From a virus (taxonomy: Duplodnaviria > Caudoviricetes): a stretch of DNA of 64,000 bases. The notes under the pieces are model-generated. The model worked only from the letters and a program-made list of their open reading frames with translations, ran no database searches and was not told where the DNA came from. Shown here one piece after another: positions 23,601-28,913 of this stretch. The DNA lies in IMG/VR virus record IMGVR_UViG_3300020360_000085, positions 128,001 through 192,000 of that record; one strand, 5' to 3'. Numbering within the stretch: the stretch's first letter is position 1; the number at the start of each line of letters is the position of its first letter. The translations under genes were made by a program, and so were the position numbers.

Positions 23601-24348
23601 ATTCTTCGGATATGATTCAGAAGCATTTGATAGTTTAGCAAGTGATATAAGTGCTGAAGTTATAAACTATTCAGGTACATTTGATAGTTCTTTAATTAAC
23701 TTTAGGAGAAATGATCAAACATATGAAGGATTCGACGGTGCAACATTTAGCAGAATGCTATATGGAGAAGACAGGCCGGAAGAACTTATACAAATAGATC
23801 CTAAAGAAAACTTTGTTATTACTGTTACTACAAGTCCGTATGCTAATGCTGATTCAAGCAGTAACATTGTTGTTGCAAACGCACAACAGGTTGTTTATAG
23901 AGTGCATAGAGATATGGAAGGATCTTCACAGTTCTTAAGAATTAGAACAAGTACTACACTAACTGCTAATTTAACAACAGAAGACAGAACCATTAGTGTA
24001 GCAAATGCAAGTGTTTTACCAAGACCTACATTAGGAAAACCTGGTGTGCTTTGGGTAGAATCAGAAAGGATAACATATAAGGAAAGAGATACTTCAAGTA
24101 ATATAATTAGTGGAATTACAAGAGGAACAAGGGGAACAACAGCAGAAGATCATATTGTAACAGACGAATCAGGTGCAACAGTAACTATTAATGTTTATGA
24201 TGGTTCAACTGATCAGGAGTTTACAGATTTAGTTGGACAACCAGAAAGTAATAGTTTCTTTGATGCTGGTGCTGTAAGTTTAACAGACTTTGATAGTGCA
24301 AACGCAAGTAGTGTTAGCAGTATTATGAAGTTCCTACATGACAAATAA
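5638..24348 (+). CDS. Giant virion structural protein (6236 aa; baseplate/tail-associated, multidomain)
   Basis: Uninterrupted 18.7-kb ORF coupled to the gp6-like gene; Thr/Ser/Asn/Gly-rich beta-type segments, recurring GxGY motifs, YHYH-like and CBM-like segments. Exact structural role not assignable by eye. Confidence 0.75.
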   Translation: MAEKLFKKLPDILQTSAVKNFFDSTVEQLFSPANVEVINGYVGKQKSEDYNVQGAFIRESTANRLHYALTPAINTLNSNTGVSENFIFYDELVDTIKVSGVNTINHNKIFSTDYQTFLPPIDIDKFVNFQEYYWSNNDLDALVVSGTLSNPIDIDLDIIGKKSFTSPNNITLKNGMCVNFSGEFVIPQNKTGIDYYVEGVGESIQLIPKIQNVATGYSTATLTTWDNTIFTELDSNVKHTAGNIISVNIDNAGKGYLNPTVQFTGSNTTLATATANNDISGSVSDVTVTANGLGYSAPIGIVVTGTAVSTGINAGNTFVSELNEDQSTRLTPYNKIAINDSSNIFLNQEVIVNNERTTVTSLSNSSIISINNITNGYDTNRTAGIYTVSGSSGGSGTGQNFSITVYSETKIQNFVNVNDQKSTWSSNTTIVNARTSITKTGLATTGGTGSGATVDVVYNADANITVSINNPGLGYRRGDTLTVAGNLIDGVSGPNLTFDVLEVEKPLGIRTLGNITSGGSPVDGNYLIDMANTVVSGNVSTSGSGKDAIFNVTVSSGNATIVIEDGGIDFVEGDTLEINGNVINSSATSNISFTVDNVIAPGDTTIDILNGGTGHAVADTITITDADLGSGGGTNLSFGVARSGNVLGLADTVNLDQGSNLSVQFIASGFEATVRTDMYNFTSNSSGTFTTGVSSMALAGVDPNTGDFYLGGNPDNALNYGWDLDEDGDGTGDAVWGGRTSQANPDYNVIKRGAKNRNIWSRVNFWHHKQNFLDANVSVPEQQYRAVRPIIEFNNNLELYNHGSNFIGEILVVEKTRTINDLNGAPVSILVDGSPLAVGATIVFPNESTVNSKFVYKVSHSNATIQLNKVGDPNLNPAGAEEGDGNFVPLEFAEGDVVNVKAGETVIGTEWYYTNGKLLQAQEKTKLHQAPLFTLYNDSGNYLGNTSVYDKTDFIGNKIFNYKIGSGTNDSILGFPLSYKQFYSSSEIEFENYLETNRTIFTENNAKTEVPGYYYFKTTDSNYHTNWLSSNEKSRQPIKTFYYIDRFDVNDENLIYFVGCLPDVKLNTPSGYDIIVEQNGNIISDYTYTEKGLIKFNSFTFNENDVIEITAYSKTGLISERSISKYNIPISWDRNTQKLDIKNISEPEYLTHFSNYMKYTNNFSGESLGSNNFKDLEKTTSSATDIIKTDENLILGAFLLDDKPHNLLNAIEFNHKEYIRYKNRLASEVTKYLDTVNPDEYSNEFILEKVLRNVISYSVGNDVFQQSYTIPFGDNYVQEEKIINSLNDTSYTLSNYYDFSLIENTVQVYKKRGTEVELLDIDIDYTLTSNATASTNVIAPTSTLDLQLADTLIYKIYNKERDSAECPPTPSVLGLYPLHEPQIYTDNSFDSPIEVLVGHDGSKTATKGNREDQILLEFEKRIFNSAKKEFRQANSLPELSVFDVRAGKFREDYLTHSEWYDLMRSNFTSWARENKVDFVKNEFYDNNKEFTWNYRGNLTIPGYWRGWYEYYYDTVNPHTNPWEMLGFFEKPSWWDTQYITTTYTNYGSNNTPMWEDIESGLIRQGPRENLTDNSYKTDNKFARSGLKNLLPVDSNATLKSPYNIDTTGSTTRAEVYTNTIGNTSIGYNTTSFLNVDGVNVRFDSSNVYISNKNLPNYDLSKIDTSDGSLPWKALEFSYAIPRVNLNSITESNTSLNSDRIGVLVNGLTLHNPNSGTTYDNGGNWTYNTGFRQKTNRSNGIISTTDNQGVVTTTVPTSDMSNSTVWGNSTSHSGIIGWAFDGLPIYGPYGYTSYHANGSVNDNSITNIKSSFEIKPGARTSHPNGAHTGLFLEDYQYSASLASQPGRTGKFNTRYGVTPDSPSTPVRFYVATIDDNSEPMFPYAVGGGTTSDNTYNGSYFATPLDTTNNNKGTVIEPSSVTGAVSSSFAITLENTAVDLDNEWVFGDGAPVENAWKYSSSYPFAITTALLLSKPGKFATVFADPIRQVNSKLGGIATIDVTSRRTWQYNNSDNFVIHGTFDNDNNFLTNIGYTQFIKSWLNYQNFNISSEFRDPLLTVNTKLSHRMAGFVDSDTATIKSDQYSTTGNATSLIIPIENRNISIHDSGYKTRNNYSGIIIEKIEDGYKVKGFDTSLSYFNILESNKLGASQTVERGGVPADYVNWSSNKAYPYNTIVQYLGVYYQAKDDILASDSFITTQWTRLPALPQVNGIRGVFYAESTGIVKRVDYNSEFTTAQDVFDLLVSIGRYQESIGYDFGDFDSTINAVKNWNYSAEQFLFWVSGGWEIGNTLELSPGSSKISFNKDIEFVSEVKRVDKNQFSILDQDGIAINPKECEIIRDGNKFELTPPIGKQIYNITLYTKQIEHVLSLDNITEFNDTLYNDLYNQKLERLFIKGKRTLGWEGRLSSEGFVIDGGELQPNIDNITSTMGDYHRLGFIPVDKQIYNVSRGLIGFENKPYLTELGIVDDDQVEFYKGMIQSKGTLDSISKILNSNAIVQGNVSIYDEWALSAGSFGDLDNNQSIELRLEKQEIAQDPQLVKLEFPEDITGIVNEIVITERNTSYFEVPEIEISAPTKDPKKQANAVASIKSDGTIDTITITEQGSGYEEGNTSLTVLTSNLNVSKNTTTFNYVSALSSANFPVANVTGIANITIIDHFASNTSAQTIDLSAVTDVANVVTAINNNGVTNANISATAIQDGSNTVQHVLQINGSDFTLGGSGLANLNITGARYQPRQRYGIITANNTVVSDVVVAVEDVNVPRTEGNVTYWEYDAGDRFQFTTSTLTISGSYDVDISSLTGLLNSSSVLADENINLVEGQYLYIDVYVNGNKLENTPSQSQYSVPNNTTVRISDVTNLTEGNISPNANIYIVEKATVDFTDSYQGDVPASNLTIKVQNNEGFSVQLGSKRIFEITPDIKNDEIITIDIDDNKRFLKKPSGIRTNQIWPATSNIDYTGVKDPEYNKIPNAGYVDRKQVTYQSFGVIDLPQLFSNDRIFKPSANNLIHVAKSENKDWNVYKLREPNDEGISFIEQEGIDDTAYLYTTVDLFNYVDSNQLQQADLSRFLDYTLMVKNVEISDNVVFWTNQEVVDKKSALIKNFGAISIIQSNVNTVGVSNTSPFYNEFTALAPAPRSKFVGDIVKADANNVVTMSTEINTIKNGDQIELLDMGNTNTTHNATSLQHLDTANATSGSAGAIYDSKITITASNSANVSKIVSNLTEVEIAFTGANVGDYASSEVTNLRYVPSNVDYANGTFDIHTDDINFQSYFGNVANSTITGVTNAISSVAFTVFEKSNVHLQTVTASNVNLGAGTFTFLQSNVTANASNILGRLLSKTKFTVEQHNFSTGEIIKVLSNNIRGYYQVESAGLDTFVLNVPYHANLSSTGYILTPGLHIKTSEDHNIPVDYNGKRVMIHQAENPYYNQVYKVSYVKSNTEIVCEDVYAWNAMETDVSPSYTATVDGAVTKSNKIKLDLASVPRQIGRMMIVTGTGITTRVIVTNIDNVFKNGEFTVDQELTLADGITLTFEKECVMTTLDHNVVKLNNTSIRIDDITSPQGILESINKTQTIKSGIINQRGNQFGLGIPMLRKPNLPDGTPYSSFAGKSPYVRNEDLSESLTEGLVKTGHIKINTDTSSYKPFQKNAVVDNISTRYGNNFIPNNNYGGTGSTINNYIGQPNYYGGSGDVTQTGNRGQQYAKSPGAVVDIPVFSPDIDNTNLNAGKDTQSPIFTGQALEDAPDKRCGPDACATRNFRGKPLNEVKGSGPIQWGVTNFAIASAGTITVSGSITGSGHGKRLWTSDYSGYYSPAGQVGGTANGGITKRAIAGAKTWSDNGSTKSFNLPVKVTESGIIYLHAYQSGRGGYNTSTVSVATTSGNVTIDTTSVIAKYIGKEGQIDGPSNGVIRVAMEAGSEIMITGTSKGGGNHWHSCEVHVSGARNGLSRLSERIENANNNSGTGTPAGVGSGDFTLHHYSDEKGVREIEEFYFETPGSGTAVILFEHYSGYDAIQVFQGHDKGSTSTVIAESEAGQLRRLTNDERQELKNQFAVNKGGTMTGSGNYANIDYDNHNLGAPTKSSPHLGNRNVAVAYAGALEFSIDSTQGTHIMVRVPKNSYVFDHIIKLPNGTPPPDDPGQDPNPVVPCGQNASIPSGPGDTTTQPPGGNTSGTGGSTGNPNTGGGNNSGSTTPVNNPGGASGGSVAQNHTNSSAIIGSNANGPYVSPATQTLVANNVLNITKKQGAYSSFSGIFGHGRSSLQKNNYNIQYFAQTSGFYRPPMTGLAFVPSIFRKTVKTVTQTNYGVPISLASGRYVNNQVQKISGGFVVPLAQRLTSNIPLQSRPLRNLDARELPYYNALDANKAAFEQGGMFHKFTPKKISGDYNLGNGTFLDITGMELTGADMGFGLGELLYYSQPYNGIGIDDDAPVDTMPVTPPDDAYPVQGGTVIMDDPDIRYNPNMQIILQPKIGNQNGGPPITIPLYKPKPGHTLDLSNLSGLDPEDTITINGRTVGPFKGTSQSAIMHAINCVDSVGFEAFPIGSDHVRISSCNNVPLTIKEGCSGGIYKEVLDFHINRSFTDQEVSNTAVIGATTNILDANGSVVNTAVSYPYLDVDGGIIGYANSTASSGTVLSSRVVSTGGSGYSVGDRLRLLGGTPIKDPFTGVAEICIKNPGAGYSLPENIVVTIGDGSTPGRNATVSKVIFDSNNGIEKVVLASGGEEYDVNRPPKVTIQDLGQIGLPTTYSNALSRGDVIRWEDHGITALGSIGSIEANIVAGEYFINDVATNENVSYSANSDKLESKKASFKITITETDGVKSANVDIVSAGNYWEVGQTFAIKAKEFNNVEGADFTFNIAATFPNMLFYGQLTQDSTDIDKLGDALQLGIISIKNGILQPQQAKLEAVLQNSPSAQIPRVAKFEVTSVDPIGGITSVKILDRGIYKVFPSDLTNGLPLEYDHVLLGDEAGFNADGTVYSGGSGLGQYNPLDLSSLSSPGNYDPINNKLLGGSGARIFLTSSEIPDCSEPGGAKKALGLPDVISDIDAVADLASQIQAGIGDAGYGPDDFIVGVTPINKDLSQLDITSPKFDGIGIDELTPGTLDKIGLPPGDYNVASLCIQAIIETRLKDDNPVVLNKLNQLADNLGLGLSTDGPVDVIKLLCIDTVGDNDGDNGQDAISIFGDGDITFIKDLFQYELRSLTGEPVNLLNQTISQEADVLYMESVRYGKNTDVTTANTNYATIDSNISTYANIWIDNYNDTGKWAYLENGTVIREQEDLVDPRFVDKIITYDNDSGIKQHDIHMYDPFKGVIPGFIENEIHYIGEEDPVVYNLSRTNFCEPEMIGKVWWDTSTIRYNWYEQGSTRDRWLNWGSSFPGSTISLYEWTKSNVPPQEWTLSGTPRNTFIVKSEIDPTSGLVVDYYYYWVRNKKVLLDFVKDIQNRKYSTFTLATYLAEPLNYGINMISFVDNKSFVLHNIAQILNDNNDNLQINFSRNKNPNGKKHDSWLLARKGDNNSLIPQDLSDKIIDSLCGYDALGESVPDSKLSEVQKYGSSFRPRQTMFKNVKGARREAIDYINGLFKTIKMNTEFNNWNETLSTSSNYYEYKNWYAVKRINPTTKLYEYYDETYKPVYRINSTTDFKSLKDLRDGSVVQVKGSDSETSKIYIYDGNTDTFKLISIENEIIQIKDSAFTDNTNTMLDTELRSILNIIKNDSFNDYSHWNKLFFRLLEYAYGEQSGLDWAFKTSYVYVEKEETDLIKFKGFKPDNFDKVLEYMNEAKPFTSKIREYKDGKQTPIEYIKDQMISDFDKPPYADLVTGTVRILDDNTASDQQIMSNSNMHKQYYSISNKSESPIRQGKTTLAFDRTNWQPTQFEWNPNNESANSSIATNIAWLKSGSNIDVASAGNVRAIDKIIKFNPTNITTFTNEMETYLSGQGYTSGSGSNVTLISNATILLSAIEAGGLDKTLNDARNKVGGNFIGDVLDANVFTKVVEGYDPSLDYQSFFGYDSEAFDSLASDISAEVINYSGTFDSSLINFRRNDQTYEGFDGATFSRMLYGEDRPEELIQIDPKENFVITVTTSPYANADSSSNIVVANAQQVVYRVHRDMEGSSQFLRIRTSTTLTANLTTEDRTISVANASVLPRPTLGKPGVLWVESERITYKERDTSSNIISGITRGTRGTTAEDHIVTDESGATVTINVYDGSTDQEFTDLVGQPESNSFFDAGAVSLTDFDSANASSVSSIMKFLHDK

Positions 24349-24372
24349 TAAAACTAGTTATTAATGAAAGTG

Positions 24373-24379
24373 ATAAATA
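24373..24379 (+). promoter_or_regulatory. Late promoter motif ATAAATA
   Basis: ATAAATA-gttac-ATG(24385). Confidence 0.6.
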
Positions 24380-24384
24380 GTTAC

Positions 24385-25029
24385 ATGAGCAAAGATATGA
24401 ACCAAGAAGTAGATAATAAAGATACAACATTAGAGAGCCAAGCATTAGATAATGTAGGCTTGAACGTTAGTGGGCATATTTTAATTAAAGATAAAGACAC
24501 AGGCGAAGTTCTTGTTGATAAACGTAATGCTATACACTACGGTAATATGGCATATATAGTAGCACAGGCACTAAACGGATTTAATACAGAAAATGCATTT
24601 ATAGACAGAATAGCATTTGGAAATGGTGCAACTAGTGTTGATACTGCTGGTAAAATTTTATATAAAACACCTAAAGTGAATGAGGCATATGAAAATTCAG
24701 CAGGATTATATAGTAGAACTTTTGAAAAAAGATTAAATCCTTCAACTACTGATACATCTATATCAACAGTTGTAGGCTCCTCACACACAGACATAAAAGT
24801 AACATGTACATTAGGTTATAATGAGCCTAGTGATGCTGACTTGTTTGATACAGCAACAAATAATGAGGGAAATTATGTATTTGATGAACTAGGTTTATTT
24901 ACATATCCAACAGATGGAAGTGATATAGACACTAGTACTATGCTTACACATGTAATTTTCCACCCTGTACAAAAAAGTCAAAATAGAAAAATTGAAATAG
25001 TTTATACTGTAAGGGTTCAGTTAAGTTAG
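24385..25029 (+). CDS. Putative baseplate / tail-fibre attachment structural protein
   Basis: IAFGNG...FDELGL...THVIFHPVQKS..R.IEIVY pattern resembling tail-collar/fibre anchor proteins; sits between the giant structural gene and the tail fibre. Start moved from 24364. Confidence 0.55.
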   Translation: MSKDMNQEVDNKDTTLESQALDNVGLNVSGHILIKDKDTGEVLVDKRNAIHYGNMAYIVAQALNGFNTENAFIDRIAFGNGATSVDTAGKILYKTPKVNEAYENSAGLYSRTFEKRLNPSTTDTSISTVVGSSHTDIKVTCTLGYNEPSDADLFDTATNNEGNYVFDELGLFTYPTDGSDIDTSTMLTHVIFHPVQKSQNRKIEIVYTVRVQLS

Positions 25030-25039
25030 AGGATAAAAG

Positions 25040-26890
25040 ATGGCATATACAATTACAAATTCAGATAATAGTAGGACAATAACTGTCCAAGATACTACTG
25101 TCGATACCACCTATGCCTTAAAGTTAATCGGAAGAAATGTATCAGGATATGGCCAGTATTTTGTAGAAAATACTGTAAGACATCTTGAAAACTTCGCTAG
25201 TACCACGTCACCATCTGGTGAAAAATTAACTGGGCAACTTTGGTACGATAAAACAGAAAATATAATGAAGTACTGGAATGGTACTGTTTGGAAAAGAGCA
25301 ACTAATATAATTGTTGATTCAAGTTCACCTAGCAGTTCAAATGCAGGTGATATGTACTTTAATACAGGTAATAGTAAATTATTTGTTTATAATGGTACAG
25401 CATTTAAACCATCATCTTATGCAGGTGAGGTTACTAATTTATATAATGCAACATCAGGTGTTGGGTCTCCAAGCAATTATGGAACAAAATTAAGAAATAT
25501 TTATTTAACAGATTCTGGAGGAAATCCTAAACCTGTTTTAGCATTATGTTACGTCAGTGATGGTACAGTTAATGGTGGTGCAACTACTACTGCTGATGGT
25601 AAAGAAACACTTATGGCTATCTTCAGTGACCATTCAGAGTTCGTTGTAGGTAGTGCAGATAGTTCTTCAGATTCTGAAAATATAAATTACTTTACAGAAT
25701 TAGGAGCAACTGGTGGTATAGGAACAACTATTAAACCAGGTATGAACTTAAGAACAGAATATGCCGCAACAGCCGTAGCATTGGCAGAAAGAGCATATAA
25801 GTCCGATACAACATACAAAATAAATTTAGGTAATATAGGATCTCCAGGTGCAAACGTAGACGCAGGTTCTATTATTACAACATTAGGAAGTTATATTCCA
25901 ACTACAGACGATGCCTTTACATTAGGACAGGCAGACAAGAAATTTGCAGATACATTTACAGGAGCAATTACAATTGGTGATGGCTCATCAGGTTTAGTTA
26001 AAGCAAATGGTAGTGTTGATATTGGTGAATCTGGAACAAGATTTGCTAATGGTTACTTTACAAATATAGATGTTAGTGGTAATGTTACATTTGGAGCAGG
26101 AACACAAAACTTAGGAACAAGTGGAGCACCAGTAGAAAACTTCTTTACTGCAAATGCAACTGTAACAACAAGTTTAACAATGGGTTCAGGTGGAACAGCA
26201 TACACGTTCCCTGTAACTGATGGCTCAGCAAATCAGGCTCTTGTTACTAATGGTTCTGGAACAGTAAGTTTTGGAGATGTTGCTTTATCTTCAACAGACT
26301 TTACAGCAGGTGCTGGTCTAACTGGAGGAGGTACTTTAGCATCTAATAGAACATTTGATGTAGGTGCAGGTAGTTATATTGTAGTTGCCGCAGATTCAGT
26401 TAGTGCAGATGCAACAACGGCCGCAACAGCAAACAAATTAGTTGCTAGAGATGGTGCAGGAAATGTTGCCGCAAATTATTTTGTTGGTACAGCAACAGCG
26501 GCTCAATATGCTGACTTGGCTGAGAAATACATGGCAGATGCTCCTTACGAGCCTGGAACTGTAGTAGTTATAGGTGGAAGTGCTGAAGTTACAGTATCCA
26601 GTAAAGAAAACGATCCAAGTATTGCAGGTATTGTTAGTACAGCACCAGCACACTTAATGAATGAAGGTTTAGAAGGCGATAATGCAGTAGCAGTAGCATT
26701 ACGTGGACGTGTTCCATGTAAAGTTATAGGTGTTGTAAGAAAAGGAGATGTACTAATACAAAGTTCCACAGAGGGACACGCCAAGGCGGCACCTTTTAGA
26801 GGGTATCAGGCACCGGCGGCTTGTATAATAGGTAAGTCTTTAGAAACAAAGTCAACACCAGACGCAGGTGTAGTAGAAGTATTAGTTTAA
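25040..26890 (+). CDS. Tail fibre protein with C-terminal intramolecular-chaperone / autocleavage-like domain
   Basis: N-terminal LIGRN..GYG..EN..RHLENFAS...GQLWYD; G/T/A-rich shaft; C-terminal AQYADLAEKY...GTVVVIGG...GIVST.PA.LMN...VALRGRVPCKV (peptidase S74/G2-type chaperone pattern). SD GAGG upstream. Confidence 0.75.
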   Translation: MAYTITNSDNSRTITVQDTTVDTTYALKLIGRNVSGYGQYFVENTVRHLENFASTTSPSGEKLTGQLWYDKTENIMKYWNGTVWKRATNIIVDSSSPSSSNAGDMYFNTGNSKLFVYNGTAFKPSSYAGEVTNLYNATSGVGSPSNYGTKLRNIYLTDSGGNPKPVLALCYVSDGTVNGGATTTADGKETLMAIFSDHSEFVVGSADSSSDSENINYFTELGATGGIGTTIKPGMNLRTEYAATAVALAERAYKSDTTYKINLGNIGSPGANVDAGSIITTLGSYIPTTDDAFTLGQADKKFADTFTGAITIGDGSSGLVKANGSVDIGESGTRFANGYFTNIDVSGNVTFGAGTQNLGTSGAPVENFFTANATVTTSLTMGSGGTAYTFPVTDGSANQALVTNGSGTVSFGDVALSSTDFTAGAGLTGGGTLASNRTFDVGAGSYIVVAADSVSADATTAATANKLVARDGAGNVAANYFVGTATAAQYADLAEKYMADAPYEPGTVVVIGGSAEVTVSSKENDPSIAGIVSTAPAHLMNEGLEGDNAVAVALRGRVPCKVIGVVRKGDVLIQSSTEGHAKAAPFRGYQAPAACIIGKSLETKSTPDAGVVEVLV

Positions 26891-26906
26891 TAAAATTAAA
26901 TTTAAG

Positions 26907-26913
26907 ATAAATA
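26907..26913 (+). promoter_or_regulatory. Late promoter motif ATAAATA (leadered)
   Basis: Intergenic ATAAATA followed by SD AGGAG and ATG 26945. Confidence 0.55.
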
Positions 26914-26944
26914 CAGTTATAGAATACTTATTTAGGAGAACATA

Positions 26945-27991
26945 ATGGCATCAGGAAGTTCAGTTACAATAGACGGCGGAACCAATATGACACAGGTTGT
27001 CGCTGGAGACATTATTGATGATGCAGATTTCAATAATTCTAGAACTAATGTAAACACATTACTTACTACAGCCGCAGATATAACACTTGGTGCAGGAAGT
27101 ATGCCTGCAACAAATACTATATTTGGTTATGGCCAAGGTGGTGCAGGTGTAAATGCCGCAAGTGCAGGTGGTTTAGTATATGCCGATAATGCCACAGGCG
27201 GATTTAAAAAATTACAAGATGATGTACAGGCTCTTTGTGCATTTTTAGGTCAAACAGTAAGAACAGATGTTGGTAGTGATGTTACTAGTTCAACAGTAAT
27301 AGACGATGTAGTTTGGTCAAACACCATGCTTAACATTAAAGACTGTTGGGACAACAGATTTTCTCCTGCAAGTAGAACAAGTGCTACAGGAGATAGTGCT
27401 CAAAGAACATCTGCTTGGACAACCAGTTTAGAAGTTGAAAAAACTTATACATGGGCAAACGAAGGATTATGTAGAGCATATTTTAACGGTGGTGGAAGAA
27501 TTGGAATGAGTGCTAGTAGATCAGGCGGCACAAGTTCAACACAAAATACAGACTGGACTAACTTGTTTAGTGCTATGGGAGATGTTTTCATAGATTATCA
27601 AACAGCAGGTGGTAGTTCAGGAACAAATGCTAATTTAGGATTTTACGAACTATCAACAAGTTATCAATTACTTTGGACAAAATTAGGTTCAGGTGCTTAT
27701 GCTTCTAACTATTTTAAATTATTTGGTAAAGTAAACAGTACAACAAACCCAACAGTGGTTACACTTAAAGCAGAATTAAGTGATCCATATACAGCGGCCG
27801 CGGCCGCGGCCAACGATGGCGCAATAGGACCAGATGGTGTACCAAGTACAGCCGACGATGCAGACGGATATACAGATAGTATTGATGGTACATTAACAAT
27901 TAATGGAAGAACACATACTGCAGATGCAAGTGGTTCAGGATTTAGTTTTACTGCTCCAACAGTATCCAGTGGTAGTATAAGCGGTTCATAA
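26945..27991 (+). CDS. Putative virion structural / fibre-associated protein (348 aa)
   Basis: Gly/Thr/Ser/Ala-rich, strong SD, last gene of the tail cluster before a terminator. Confidence 0.55.
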   Translation: MASGSSVTIDGGTNMTQVVAGDIIDDADFNNSRTNVNTLLTTAADITLGAGSMPATNTIFGYGQGGAGVNAASAGGLVYADNATGGFKKLQDDVQALCAFLGQTVRTDVGSDVTSSTVIDDVVWSNTMLNIKDCWDNRFSPASRTSATGDSAQRTSAWTTSLEVEKTYTWANEGLCRAYFNGGGRIGMSASRSGGTSSTQNTDWTNLFSAMGDVFIDYQTAGGSSGTNANLGFYELSTSYQLLWTKLGSGAYASNYFKLFGKVNSTTNPTVVTLKAELSDPYTAAAAAANDGAIGPDGVPSTADDADGYTDSIDGTLTINGRTHTADASGSGFSFTAPTVSSGSISGS

Positions 27992-28020
27992 GAATAATAG
28001 ACTTTAGTCTCGAGATTAAA

Positions 28021-28047
28021 AGCCAGTTCAAGTAACTGGCTTTTTTT
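28021..28047 (+). terminator. Rho-independent terminator
   Basis: AGCCAGTT-caagt-AACTGGCT followed by a T run. Confidence 0.85.
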
Positions 28048-28052
28048 ATGTC

Positions 28053-28060
28053 TATAAATA
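28053..28060 (+). promoter_or_regulatory. Late promoter, exact T4 consensus TATAAATA
   Basis: Immediately after the terminator, upstream of SD AAGGA and ATG 28093. Confidence 0.65.
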
Positions 28061-28092
28061 AACGTATATTAATCATACACATAAGGAAATAT

Positions 28093-28500
28093 ATGAATTT
28101 AAAGACAGCAATGAAAACAGTTTTATGGGATAAAGCATTAGATTTTAAAGGCAGAGCAAGTAGAGGCGAGTTTTGGTGGTTTACCCTTGGAATATTCAGT
28201 ATCGCATTTGTTGTAGCAATAATTGAAATGGCTATATGGGGTATAGACGCATATCCTTTTGGCGGGCCATTAATTATAGGATTACAACTTCTTACAGTAA
28301 TGCAAAGTTTAGCAGTAACTTCTAGAAGAATACAAGATAGAGGACATAGTGGTTGGTGGCAATTACTATATCTAACTATACTAGGAACGTTTGTGGTAAT
28401 GTATTGGACATTAAGATCTCCTAAAACTAAAAACAATCAGTGGGGAATTAATCCACGTATTGCAGAACTTAAAGAAGAACAAAAGAACTTACCTAAGTAG
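28093..28500 (+). CDS. DUF805 family inner-membrane protein (YhaH/YhaI-like)
   Basis: FKGRASRGEFWWF, two to three hydrophobic helices, RRIQDRGHSGWWQLL, N.WG tail. Start moved to ATG 28093 (SD upstream). Confidence 0.85.
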   Translation: MNLKTAMKTVLWDKALDFKGRASRGEFWWFTLGIFSIAFVVAIIEMAIWGIDAYPFGGPLIIGLQLLTVMQSLAVTSRRIQDRGHSGWWQLLYLTILGTFVVMYWTLRSPKTKNNQWGINPRIAELKEEQKNLPK

Positions 28501-28506
28501 TTTAAC

Positions 28507-28534
28507 AAGCCAGTTCATATTAACTGGCTTTTTT
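28507..28534 (+). terminator. Rho-independent terminator, near-copy of 28021..28047
   Basis: AAGCCAGTT-catatt-AACTGGCTT followed by TTTT. Confidence 0.85.
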
Positions 28535-28541
28535 CTGACCA

Positions 28542-28548
28542 ATAAATA
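28542..28548 (+). promoter_or_regulatory. Late promoter motif heading the modification island
   Basis: ATAAATA-tatac-ATG(28554). Confidence 0.65.
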
Positions 28549-28553
28549 TATAC

Positions 28554-28913
28554 ATGAGTACACGTTTGACTAAAGCATTAGAGTTTGCGAATTATCGCAC
28601 GACTTTAAATAACCAGCAATCACAACTAAAAGCAAAAATACAAAACCAATTAAGTTACAGTATTAATGGTGGGTCTTTTACAATCAATAGGGAACTAATA
28701 ACATTCGTTAAATTACTTATTGATGACGGAGAAAAAGAAGCAGTATTGCTTGATATCTATAACAATCCTATTAACATATTACTAGAAAGTTTTTACGAGG
28801 AAATTAAAAGCAGATATTATGAAGCAACAAACGATTACTATGCAGAATATGAAAAACTTCGTAAAGCAAGAAAAGTACATAAAATATTGGACTTAAACGA
28901 TGAAGGAAATTAA
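28554..28913 (+). CDS. Hypothetical protein (119 aa)
   Basis: Clean ORF after the promoter motif, overlapping the next gene; no recognisable catalytic motif. Confidence 0.7.
   Translation: MSTRLTKALEFANYRTTLNNQQSQLKAKIQNQLSYSINGGSFTINRELITFVKLLIDDGEKEAVLLDIYNNPINILLESFYEEIKSRYYEATNDYYAEYEKLRKARKVHKILDLNDEGN

Noticed and set aside
260-27000. Many short antisense or alternative-frame ORFs in the track (e.g. 1270..1554, 3379..3741, 6222..6587, 11328..11663, 19464..19796, 26545..26784)
   Set aside because: They lie wholly inside long plus-strand genes, have no RBS or motifs, and are expected shadows of codon bias.
27948-28436. 162-aa minus-strand ORF
   Set aside because: Antisense to the recognisable DUF805 gene and runs through a terminator; no motif.
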